Source of the DNA: Candidatus Saccharimonadota bacterium
GTDB taxonomy: Bacteria > Patescibacteriota > Saccharimonadia > Saccharimonadales > Saccharimonadaceae
DNA: 64,000 nt
Reading direction: 5' to 3'
Assembly: GCA_030529135.1 (NCBI GenBank)
Contig: JAUMXO010000001.1
Location: 15,335-79,334, forward strand
Of this stretch, positions 56,381-64,000 are shown one piece after another (the stretch's first letter is position 1; each line of letters begins with the position of its first letter). Made by a program: the position numbers and the translations under genes. The notes under the pieces are model-generated. The model searched no databases. It was not told where the DNA came from and worked only from the letters and a program-made list of their open reading frames with translations.

Positions 56381-56409
56381 AAAACACCCTCAAAAGAGGG
56401 TGTTTTTTT
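56381..56409 (+). terminator. intrinsic terminator after pilin
   Basis: AAAACACCCTC-AAAA-GAGGGTGTTTTTTT. Confidence 0.8.
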
Positions 56410-56425
56410 ATGGTAAAATAAGGAT

Positions 56426-57223
56426 ATGCAGATTGTATTTTCCATCTTTGTGTTTATCATCGGCGCCGCTTTTGGCTCGTTTCTTTGTTGTCAGGCAAGG
56501 CGGCTGCATTTAAGGGAAGAAAAAAACAGCAAATCTTCCAATCAGTCACATCAAAAGTCGCTCGGAAAACGTTCCGTTTGTCTTCACTGCGGCAAGCAAT
56601 TGAAATGGCATGATAATATTCCTATTATCTCGTGGCTCATTCTAAGAGGAAAATGTAGAAAATGTCACAAAAAAATCGGCAATCTAGAAATTTTTTCGGA
56701 AATTAGCACAGCGCTTGCATTAGCCGCTATTAGCACTACTGTCAACGTTAACACTGCCACGCCTTTAGATTGGTATACTTTCATTTTGGTGACAATTTTT
56801 ACGCTTGCACTTATCTTCCTTGCTATTTATGACGGCATGTGTGGCGAACTTCCTAATTTTGCCTTAATGGTCGCGGTAATTTTAGCTATCACATCCATCA
56901 CCCCCACGCTCATTAATAATTTTTCTATCCAGCCATTCTTATCTGCCGGTCTTTATGGTGGTATTTACCTATTATTATATTTAATCTCCAAAGGTAAATG
57001 GGTCGGTGATGGCGACTGGATTCTAGCTGCCACTACCGGTCTTGTCTTGGGCAGTCCATGGATTTCTATGGTTGCGCTTTTTCTAGCCAATTTTGCCGCT
57101 TGTATCGTTACTATCCCCACGCTCAAAAAACGCCAAAATCACCAAATTTACTTCGGGCCTTTTCTAGTTTTTGCCTTTATTGTGGCATATACTTTTTCCG
57201 ATTTTTTCATAAGCATGATATAA
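56426..57223 (+). CDS. pilD: prepilin peptidase
   Basis: GSFL, CLHC...NIPIISWLILRGKCRKC, YD and GDGD aspartates, FGPFL. Confidence 0.92.
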   Translation: MQIVFSIFVFIIGAAFGSFLCCQARRLHLREEKNSKSSNQSHQKSLGKRSVCLHCGKQLKWHDNIPIISWLILRGKCRKCHKKIGNLEIFSEISTALALAAISTTVNVNTATPLDWYTFILVTIFTLALIFLAIYDGMCGELPNFALMVAVILAITSITPTLINNFSIQPFLSAGLYGGIYLLLYLISKGKWVGDGDWILAATTGLVLGSPWISMVALFLANFAACIVTIPTLKKRQNHQIYFGPFLVFAFIVAYTFSDFFISMI

Positions 57224-57230
57224 TAAAAGC

Positions 57231-58061
57231 ATGAGAACAAAAATAGGTGATACGTTGGTGGAAGTAGCTCTTGCTATCGGTATTTTTTCTATGGTAGCCA
57301 TCGTAATTGTTTCAGTAATATCCGCCAGCACTTCTAACGCCCAGACTGCCTTAGAAGTTACTATTTCTAGGGAAGATCTAGATGCTCAAGCTGAGGCACT
57401 TAGATTTATCCACGATTCCTATATGAATGATAGTCAGTCCAAAGATACAAGTAAAAATAGATATCATGATTTATGGCAGGAAATTACAAAACGAGCTATG
57501 AGCGAACAAGAGGCAGAAAGCAGTACGGCACCAGCTTATGAAGTGAATTTTAATCCCGAGACCTGTTCTGAATTGTATGAAGGGGATGGCGTTCTTTCTG
57601 ACAAAGCCGGAAGGGATCCTTTTATCATTAATATTCGCAATCTCGGTGGCAATGAGGAAGGGAAAATAGACGCAAATGATATTATTATAGCAAGCAACTT
57701 CCCAGATTCTACTAATGGTAAAAAAGTTTTTTTTGAGGCAGGGACATTTCCAAGAATTATGTATGGAGGGGCTACTGCTGGCACCTCTCTGGATGAAGAT
57801 AGTAAAGAAGATAGCTTTTATAGCCAAATTACAAACACGCAAACAAACATCAAACGCGTAGAAGGTATTTATATTATTGCCATCAAAGGCCAGCATCAAA
57901 TTATGGACCTCGACAATCCAACAAGTAGTCTCGAACCAAAGGACGCTTACTTCGATTTTAGCATTCGTTCATGCTGGTTCCCACCAGGTGCCAAGCGAGC
58001 CTCTACGATTAGTACCACCATCAGATTATATGATCCAGCTGTGATTGATTATAGTAAATAA
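57231..58061 (+). CDS. minor pilin-like protein
   Basis: KIG|DTLVEV class III-like signal followed by hydrophobic helix. Confidence 0.72.
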   Translation: MRTKIGDTLVEVALAIGIFSMVAIVIVSVISASTSNAQTALEVTISREDLDAQAEALRFIHDSYMNDSQSKDTSKNRYHDLWQEITKRAMSEQEAESSTAPAYEVNFNPETCSELYEGDGVLSDKAGRDPFIINIRNLGGNEEGKIDANDIIIASNFPDSTNGKKVFFEAGTFPRIMYGGATAGTSLDEDSKEDSFYSQITNTQTNIKRVEGIYIIAIKGQHQIMDLDNPTSSLEPKDAYFDFSIRSCWFPPGAKRASTISTTIRLYDPAVIDYSK

Positions 58062-58078
58062 CAGGCAATAAAAGCAAG

Positions 58079-59017
58079 CTATTTTGTCTCCGAATGGAAC
58101 TTTTCGTGTATTTCTTTGAGATGTGCGTCGGTCACGTGAGTATAAATTTGCGTTGTAGAAATATCTGCATGTCCTAGCATTGATTGTACCGAACGGATAT
58201 CTGCTCCGTTCATCAAAAGGTCCGTCGCAAAAGAATGTCTCAAGGTATGTGGGGAAACGTGTTTGGTGATTCCAGCTAGTCTAGCGTATTTTTCGACAAT
58301 TCTTTCTACGCTTCGTGCGGTAATTCGTCGGTAATTTCCAGAAGTATCTACCGCCTGTAAATTTCGTGAATTATTCAGAAACAACGCTGGCAGGGAATCA
58401 GTCCTAGCATCTAAATAATCTGCCACTCTATCTGCGCAAGTCTCTGAGATAAAAATCGGACGGTCTTTGGAACCTTTGCCTCTCACCATAAATTCACGCC
58501 TCTCTAAGTTAATAGAATCTCGGTTTAACCCTACCAACTCCGAAACGCGTAGCCCTCCAGAATAAAGTAGCTCAATAATCGCTCTATCTCTTAGTCCCGA
58601 TTCTGTGGAGAGATCAATCTGTTCCAACATATCTTCCACTTCATCAAAATGCAAAAACGTCACTTGCTTTCTCACCACATGTGGCAAATCTATCAGGGAA
58701 GGATCAAGTGACTTAATCTCTCGCCGGGCTAAATACTTAAAAAAGCCTCTCAGCGCTATTAAATGATAAGCCTGCGTGATAGTTTTTAAATCATCGCCGC
58801 CATTTTCTGAGCCATAACGGTTGAGTTTTAGGCGATATTTTCTCAGCACTTCGCGATCTATATCTGAAGCTTTAATATCGTCTTTATTTAAGATTTCCGT
58901 TGCAATTTCTAGAAATCTTTCCAGGTACAAACGATAATTTTCGGTAGTTTTTTTACTCCTACCGGATTCAATCTCGAGATGCTCTAAAAAATCTTCAATT
59001 AGATCGCTTATATACAT
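58079..59017 (-). CDS. tyrosine recombinase XerC/XerD family
   Basis: RDRAIIELLYSGGLRVSEL, GKGSK, HTLRHSFAT, LGHADISTTQIYTHV. Confidence 0.93.
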   Translation of the reverse strand: MYISDLIEDFLEHLEIESGRSKKTTENYRLYLERFLEIATEILNKDDIKASDIDREVLRKYRLKLNRYGSENGGDDLKTITQAYHLIALRGFFKYLARREIKSLDPSLIDLPHVVRKQVTFLHFDEVEDMLEQIDLSTESGLRDRAIIELLYSGGLRVSELVGLNRDSINLERREFMVRGKGSKDRPIFISETCADRVADYLDARTDSLPALFLNNSRNLQAVDTSGNYRRITARSVERIVEKYARLAGITKHVSPHTLRHSFATDLLMNGADIRSVQSMLGHADISTTQIYTHVTDAHLKEIHEKFHSETK

Positions 59018-59106
59018 AACTAAATTATATATCAAAAACAATTAGAAATCGCACTTTTTGCTATTTTTAACCGCCTTTTCTGGCAGAATCCTTTCTTAAT
59101 GGAACG

Positions 59107-60300
59107 TTATTTACAAAGTTTATAAGCGTCGCGTATAATCATCACTTCTTCGTTAGTTGGCTCAACATATACAGGCACCGTCGAATCTTCGGTTGTGATT
59201 ATTCCGCTAGTAATTTCTTTAAAGCTCGCAATCGCGTTATTTACTTCCTGATTGACTTTAATTCCGAGTGGGGCAAGGCCATTTATAATTGATTCACGAG
59301 TTTCTGCTCCGTTTTCGAGCACGCCAGCAGTAAATACAATAGCATCCACTTCGCCATTTAATTCCAAATAATACTCCGCAATATAACGATCAATCCGGTC
59401 TACATACATATCAAGCGCTAATCGTGCAGTCTCATCACCTTCGGAAATTGCTTTTTCCACGTCACGATTATCGTTAAACCCACAAACTCCCAAAAGACCA
59501 GACTTTTTGTTCAAGGCATCATCGACCTCATCATAAGTCATTCCGGCCTCATCAATCATATATTTGATAATCGATGGATCAATTGAGCCAGATCGAGTCC
59601 CCATCATTAGCCCATCAAGCGGAGTGAGTCCCATCGTAGTGTCATAACTTTTGCCATCTTTTACCGCGGTAATACTAGCACCAGAGCCTACATGACAAAT
59701 AATTAAATTAATATTTTCTTTGCCAAGCTTTTTTTGCATTACTTCTGTAATATATTTATGGCTAGTACCATGAAACCCATATTTTCTAACTCCGTATTTT
59801 TCATACCATTTCATCGGTACGGGGTACATGTATTGAATTTTTGGAATAGTTTGGTGAAAAGCTGTGTCAAAAACCGCAACTTGCACAGCCTCTGGAAGTG
59901 CCTTTTGCATAGCTTTAATTCCAGCAATATTGCCAGGGTGATGGAGCGGCGCAAATTTAGAAAATTCTTTAATATCTTTTATTACAGCATCATCAATTAC
60001 GACTGATTTGGCATATTTTTCACCGCCATGCACCACTCTATGTCCAACTCCACGGATCTCTTGCAACTCTTTAACCGCTCCATAATTTACTAGTTCTTCC
60101 AGCATCACTTCTACAGCTTCAGCGTGGTCTTTTATAACTCTTTTTATCTCAGTCTTTTTGCCTTCATGTTTAATAGTATAAAAACTATCTTTTGCTCCAA
60201 TTTTTTCAACATAACCACCAATAATAGAAATTTCTGCAGGCATATCGTAAAGCTGAAATTTAAGCGATGACGATCCCGCATTAACACATAATACTTTCAT
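59107..60300 (-). CDS. ackA: acetate kinase
   Basis: NAGSSSLK, GHRVVHGG, FDTAFH, YGFHGTSH, TPLDGLMMGTRSG, TNEE. Confidence 0.96.
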   Translation of the reverse strand: MKVLCVNAGSSSLKFQLYDMPAEISIIGGYVEKIGAKDSFYTIKHEGKKTEIKRVIKDHAEAVEVMLEELVNYGAVKELQEIRGVGHRVVHGGEKYAKSVVIDDAVIKDIKEFSKFAPLHHPGNIAGIKAMQKALPEAVQVAVFDTAFHQTIPKIQYMYPVPMKWYEKYGVRKYGFHGTSHKYITEVMQKKLGKENINLIICHVGSGASITAVKDGKSYDTTMGLTPLDGLMMGTRSGSIDPSIIKYMIDEAGMTYDEVDDALNKKSGLLGVCGFNDNRDVEKAISEGDETARLALDMYVDRIDRYIAEYYLELNGEVDAIVFTAGVLENGAETRESIINGLAPLGIKVNQEVNNAIASFKEITSGIITTEDSTVPVYVEPTNEEVMIIRDAYKLCK

Positions 60301-60366
60301 TTTTTCTCCTTTATATTGGGTATATTATACCACAAATCAAAATAGGTTTTTATAGAAACGTTTTTG

Positions 60367-60777
60367 CTATTTTTTACTTTTATTTTCCTTTGCAGCGGCT
60401 TTGGCATCTTTTTTACGATTAATTCGATTCATCGCCTTAATAATCATGAAAATTACCCACGCGATAATTAAAAATTCCACTACGTTTTGAATAAAATTAC
60501 CGTAAGCGATTACTGCCTCAGTATCACCACCGAAGAAATTCGGAATTACGAGTCTTAAATCTCTAAAATCTACACCACCAGCAATCAAACTTACGATTGG
60601 CATCACAATGTCGTTTACTAGGGAATTAACAATCGCAGTGAATGCTCCACCTACCGCTACACCTACAGCAAGGTCTACCACGGATCCACGGTTTATAAAT
60701 TCGATAAATTCCTTGCGAAAACCTGAATTTTTTTCGCGTATCTCCCCCAGTTTTTCTTTGGCTTTACTTGTAGCCAT
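60367..60777 (-). CDS. mscL: large-conductance mechanosensitive channel
   Basis: FINRGSVVDLAVGVAVGGAFTAIVNSLVNDIVMP. Confidence 0.95.
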   Translation of the reverse strand: MATSKAKEKLGEIREKNSGFRKEFIEFINRGSVVDLAVGVAVGGAFTAIVNSLVNDIVMPIVSLIAGGVDFRDLRLVIPNFFGGDTEAVIAYGNFIQNVVEFLIIAWVIFMIIKAMNRINRKKDAKAAAKENKSKK

Positions 60778-60788
60778 AACACACTCCT

Positions 60789-61415
60789 TTATTTATTATT
60801 AGTCTCTGAAAAATCGTTAAATTGAGTATAAAGATTATTCAGACTATCCTGGGATGTTGCCAAAAAGGCTTTTAGTTCTCCATCTTCAACTACGTCAGCA
60901 ATATATTTTTCATCACTCACCACGGCAGAAATTTCTAGTGCCATTTTATGCGCATAAACTCGGTCTAAAAGACCATTTATCTTTGCATCAAATAGCTCGT
61001 TGCCTAAGCGATTTTTGTTATCCTCGGCCTCTTGCATAGTAGTTTCTTTGATATGCTTATCATTAAAATCGTAAGCTTTTATTAAATAGCTATTTATCTG
61101 AGAAGAAATATTAGAGAAAAGCCCTTTTAGTGAAGAGGAAAGGGAACGTAATGATAGCGATTTTACATCGGGTTGGAAATCCGTAATTAGCTCCGTAGTG
61201 CCATCTAAATGCAGTTTTAGCTCTATACATTCTTCTTCGATAGATGGTTTTCCGCTCAACATAGAGCCAAAAAGCAAAATCACTAAAAATAGTGCTACTA
61301 CAATCCCACCCCATTTCAAATATTTCGAACTTAATATTCCTTGGAGACCTTTTTTGGGTGGTTTTACCGGCCTCGAGGCCGCTGTAATTTGATCCAAATA
61401 GTCCTGACTGTCCAT
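60789..61415 (-). CDS. single-pass membrane hypothetical protein
   Basis: 208 aa, one TM helix. Confidence 0.7.
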   Translation of the reverse strand: MDSQDYLDQITAASRPVKPPKKGLQGILSSKYLKWGGIVVALFLVILLFGSMLSGKPSIEEECIELKLHLDGTTELITDFQPDVKSLSLRSLSSSLKGLFSNISSQINSYLIKAYDFNDKHIKETTMQEAEDNKNRLGNELFDAKINGLLDRVYAHKMALEISAVVSDEKYIADVVEDGELKAFLATSQDSLNNLYTQFNDFSETNNK

Positions 61416-61436
61416 GATATAATACTATTATAACAT

Positions 61437-63095
61437 ATGTATGACGCGAAGGAGGAAATAAAATCTCGGCTTCCCGTAGAAGACGTCATCAGTCAATATG
61501 TGGAGTTGAAACGAGCTGGCCGTAATCTCAAAGGTCGTTCCCCATGGGGTGTAGATAAAACCCCTAGCTTTATGGTATCTCCAGAAAAGGGCATTTGGCA
61601 TGATTTTTCCGCTAATAAAGGTGGCGATATTTTTACTTTCGTCATGGAAGTCGAGGGCATTAGTTTTAAAGAAGCTATGGAAAAACTTGCCCGTCAGGCC
61701 GGCGTGGAGTTATCTAAATATGGTGGGTTTAATAAAGGTAGCGATCGAAGACTCGCCCAAAGAAAAGCTCGCGCTAGGGAAGCATTAGTTTTGGCTACGC
61801 GGTATTATCAGGCTTGTTTGGCGCATAGTCGCGAAGTCTGTGAATATGTTTTTTATAAGAGAAATTTAGAACGTTCCACCGTTAAAGAGTTTAAGATTGG
61901 TTACGCTCCAGAAAACGGCCATGCATTAATAGATGTACTCAAAAAACGTGATTTTACTCTAGAAGAGTTGGAATTTGCTGGGCTTCTTAATCGCTTCAAG
62001 AAAGATCTGTTCCGTCATCGCATGATGATTCCGTTTATCGATACCGATGGCTCTGTTATTGGCTATACTGCTCGCATTATCGGTAGCGGAGAGCCAAAAT
62101 ATCTCAACACTCCAGAAACGCTCTTATTTAATAAATCACGTTTTATTTTTGGGCTTTATCAAGCCAAAGAAGCTATTAGAAGAAATGGCTATGTGATTAT
62201 AGTAGAAGGGAACATGGACGTAATTTCTTCGCATCAAGCTGGCGTCAAAGAGGCTGTGGCTACTTCTGGAACGGCTATGACCGAGCAACATCTCAAAATT
62301 CTTTCTCGCCTTACCTCAGACATTCGTTTGGCTTATGATGGCGACGCTGCTGGCGTTAAGGCTACTGAGCGTGCCGTAGAGCTAGCCGGCGAGCTTGGTA
62401 TAGATTTAACAATTATTTCCAACTATCATGGCGCCAAAGACCCAGATGAACTAATTCAAAAAGACCCTGCCCTCTGGCGAGCTGCAGTTGACGAACGTAT
62501 TCCAGCGGTCGACTGGCTCCTTCAAAAGTATGCCGAATCCCTCAACCTCTCGCTTGCCCCAGACAAAAAGAAATATTCCGACATAGCGCTTCACCTCCTT
62601 TCTCTTATTAAAGACGAGATAGAACACGAAGATTACGAACAAAAAATCGCCAAGACTCTCGATGTGACTGTGGAGGCTTTAAGAGAAAAAGGCGAGCGCT
62701 TAGGCCGTCAGCTAAAAAAATCTACTACTAAAAAATACCTTAAAAAGCCTAAAACTAAGGCCCTGCCAGATCACTTGAAAAGATTAGAAGACGCCCTGCT
62801 CTCGCTCAAAATTTTTGGTGGTATCACTAAGACCGAAATTCCTCTCAAAATGCCAGAAGACGAAACTAGGCTTTCGGAGCTAGAGTTAATTTTTAACACT
62901 AGCTATGAAAATATGCCAGAAGTAGATTACGAAAAAGAGGCTGCCACACTCCTTAAGCGTTATCAGACTGAACTCAAAAAATCTGAAATTACCAATCTCC
63001 AGGATAAACTCGAAGATTTGTCCGAAGACGATCCTAGCTACCAAGAAACTCTTGCAAAACTGAATCAGCTTCTGAAATCTAAACCTCTTGAATAA
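61437..63095 (+). CDS. dnaG: DNA primase (zinc ligands absent in N-terminal domain)
   Basis: KTPSF, MIPF, PKYLNTPET, VEGNMDV, AYDGDAAG, KDPDE. Confidence 0.95.
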   Translation: MYDAKEEIKSRLPVEDVISQYVELKRAGRNLKGRSPWGVDKTPSFMVSPEKGIWHDFSANKGGDIFTFVMEVEGISFKEAMEKLARQAGVELSKYGGFNKGSDRRLAQRKARAREALVLATRYYQACLAHSREVCEYVFYKRNLERSTVKEFKIGYAPENGHALIDVLKKRDFTLEELEFAGLLNRFKKDLFRHRMMIPFIDTDGSVIGYTARIIGSGEPKYLNTPETLLFNKSRFIFGLYQAKEAIRRNGYVIIVEGNMDVISSHQAGVKEAVATSGTAMTEQHLKILSRLTSDIRLAYDGDAAGVKATERAVELAGELGIDLTIISNYHGAKDPDELIQKDPALWRAAVDERIPAVDWLLQKYAESLNLSLAPDKKKYSDIALHLLSLIKDEIEHEDYEQKIAKTLDVTVEALREKGERLGRQLKKSTTKKYLKKPKTKALPDHLKRLEDALLSLKIFGGITKTEIPLKMPEDETRLSELELIFNTSYENMPEVDYEKEAATLLKRYQTELKKSEITNLQDKLEDLSEDDPSYQETLAKLNQLLKSKPLE

Positions 63096-63140
63096 AATCC
63101 TTATCCATGCTATAATTAACAGAATAAACAAAGGATTTAT

Positions 63141-63449
63141 ATGAAGAAAGCAGTTATCCTCGTAGGCGGGAAGCAATATCTCGTCGAGGAAAAAGAGACC
63201 CTACGGGTGGACCTCCTCCCGGCAGGCACCAAAGAGCTCGAAACTGATGCTTTACTCGTGATCGATGGTGACAAAACCACCGTCGGTACTCCTACCGTAA
63301 AAGGTGTAAAAGTTTCGGCTAAGGTGAAAAACGCAGAGGTTAAAGGCGATAAGATTCGCGTAATCCGCTATCACAGCAAGAAGCGTGTTCATACCGAAAC
63401 TGGCCATCGCCAAAAATACTCTGAAATTGAGATTACCAAAATCGCTTAA
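63141..63449 (+). CDS. rplU: 50S ribosomal protein L21
   Basis: GGKQYLV, GHRQKYS. Confidence 0.95.
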   Translation: MKKAVILVGGKQYLVEEKETLRVDLLPAGTKELETDALLVIDGDKTTVGTPTVKGVKVSAKVKNAEVKGDKIRVIRYHSKKRVHTETGHRQKYSEIEITKIA

Positions 63450-63450
63450 C

Positions 63451-63547
63451 GTGGTAAGAAATTCTAAACGGGCCCTACGGACCTTAAAGACTTGGCCTGA
63501 GCGGCCCGGAGCGTGTCCGAAGGACACGCTTTAGAATTTCTTACCAC
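63451..63547 (+). repeat. palindromic element between rplU and parA
   Basis: Perfect 18-bp arms 63451-63468 / 63530-63547; CGGGCC/GGCCCG helix and AGCGTGTCC-GAA-GGACACGCT hairpin. Confidence 0.85.
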
Positions 63548-63590
63548 TTGTTTTTGTTTTATAATAACTTGTGTTATAATTATAAGTATT

Positions 63591-64000
63591 ATGGCGAAGG
63601 TAATCTGTGTCACTAACCAAAAAGGAGGTGTTGGTAAAACCACCACCGCTGTAAATCTATGCTACTACCTTGCCAAAGATAAATACAGGACTTTGCTGGT
63701 TGACTTTGACCCTCAAGGTAATGCTACTTCTGGTCTCGGCTTTGACAAAAACGACAAAGAAAGTCTTGGTGTTACTATGACAGAAATTTTGCTCGGCGCT
63801 GCCAGTATGGCACAGTGCATTCGCCCGACCAAGTATAAAAATTACGATTTAGCTCCCGCTACCCCAGAGCTTGCTAATGCAGAAGTAGAGATAGCCGGAT
63901 TGAACAAAAAATTTGTTCGCCTTCGGGATGCTATTAACAGCGTTAAGACAAACTATGATTACGTGATTATAGATTTACCTCCGTCGCTGAGTCTACTTAC
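63591..64000 (+). CDS. parA: ParA/Soj family ATPase, N-terminal part (runs off window)
   Basis: MAKVICVTNQKGGVGKTTT, VDFDPQGNA, IDLPPSL; absent from ORF track because no stop in window. Confidence 0.92.
   Translation, partial: MAKVICVTNQKGGVGKTTTAVNLCYYLAKDKYRTLLVDFDPQGNATSGLGFDKNDKESLGVTMTEILLGAASMAQCIRPTKYKNYDLAPATPELANAEVEIAGLNKKFVRLRDAINSVKTNYDYVIIDLPPSLSLL

Noticed and set aside
58079-59017. Tyrosine recombinase as a prophage or island integrase
   Set aside because: Size and motifs fit housekeeping XerC/D; the neighbours are core genes with no att repeats or phage genes.
59107-60300. ackA without adjacent pta as a novel pathway
   Set aside because: pta may lie elsewhere in the genome; this cannot be judged from one window.
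160-63646. Numerous short antisense or overlapping ORFs in the track (e.g. 11288-11824, 27347-28033, 42303-42947)
   Set aside because: They are shadows of well-supported genes on another frame or strand, with no motifs or expression signals.

Overview
A 64-kb, low-GC bacterial chromosomal segment in standard genetic code. Gene content suggests a host-associated Candidatus Saccharibacteria (CPR/TM7) genome; this is inference from the complete type IV pilus cluster with a G|D-type pilin, a VirB2/TrbC-like pilin, FISUMP and DUF11 surface proteins and very compact housekeeping genes. The backbone is housekeeping: tsaD, ftsK, rpoD, polA, mutM, holA, rpsT, rpsU, adk, map, ftsA, ftsZ, nrdR, ileS, rpsF-ssb-rpsR, efp, tlyA, pilMNO-pilB-pilT-pilC-pilins-pilD, xerC/D, ackA, mscL, dnaG, rplU, parA, tRNA-Gln and tRNA-Asp. 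Accessory parts are an islet behind tRNA-Gln, a RhuM-Fic gene and an ORF6N / EcoRI-family methyltransferase / DUF262-HNH defence cluster. The strongest unexplained signals are: (1) a dispersed family of GC-rich multi-hairpin elements with copy-specific terminal inverted repeats, conserved loops, covarying stems and c-GAA-g triloops, four of them in-frame inside protein genes (polA, ileS, tlyA, a DAGK-family gene); (2) a (GA)6 tract near the 3' end of the methyltransferase after which all three reading frames end in a family-type YxRI C-terminal motif, preceded by a switch-like structured leader; (3) 27-bp 9-9-9 palindromes inside the RhuM and ORF6N coding sequences, one duplicated in the RhuM promoter; (4) a stand-alone NrdD-type glycyl-radical protein under NrdR-box-like sites, with a cysteine-free NrdR; (5) pervasive leaderless-type promoters. 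All family assignments come from motif recognition, not database searches.
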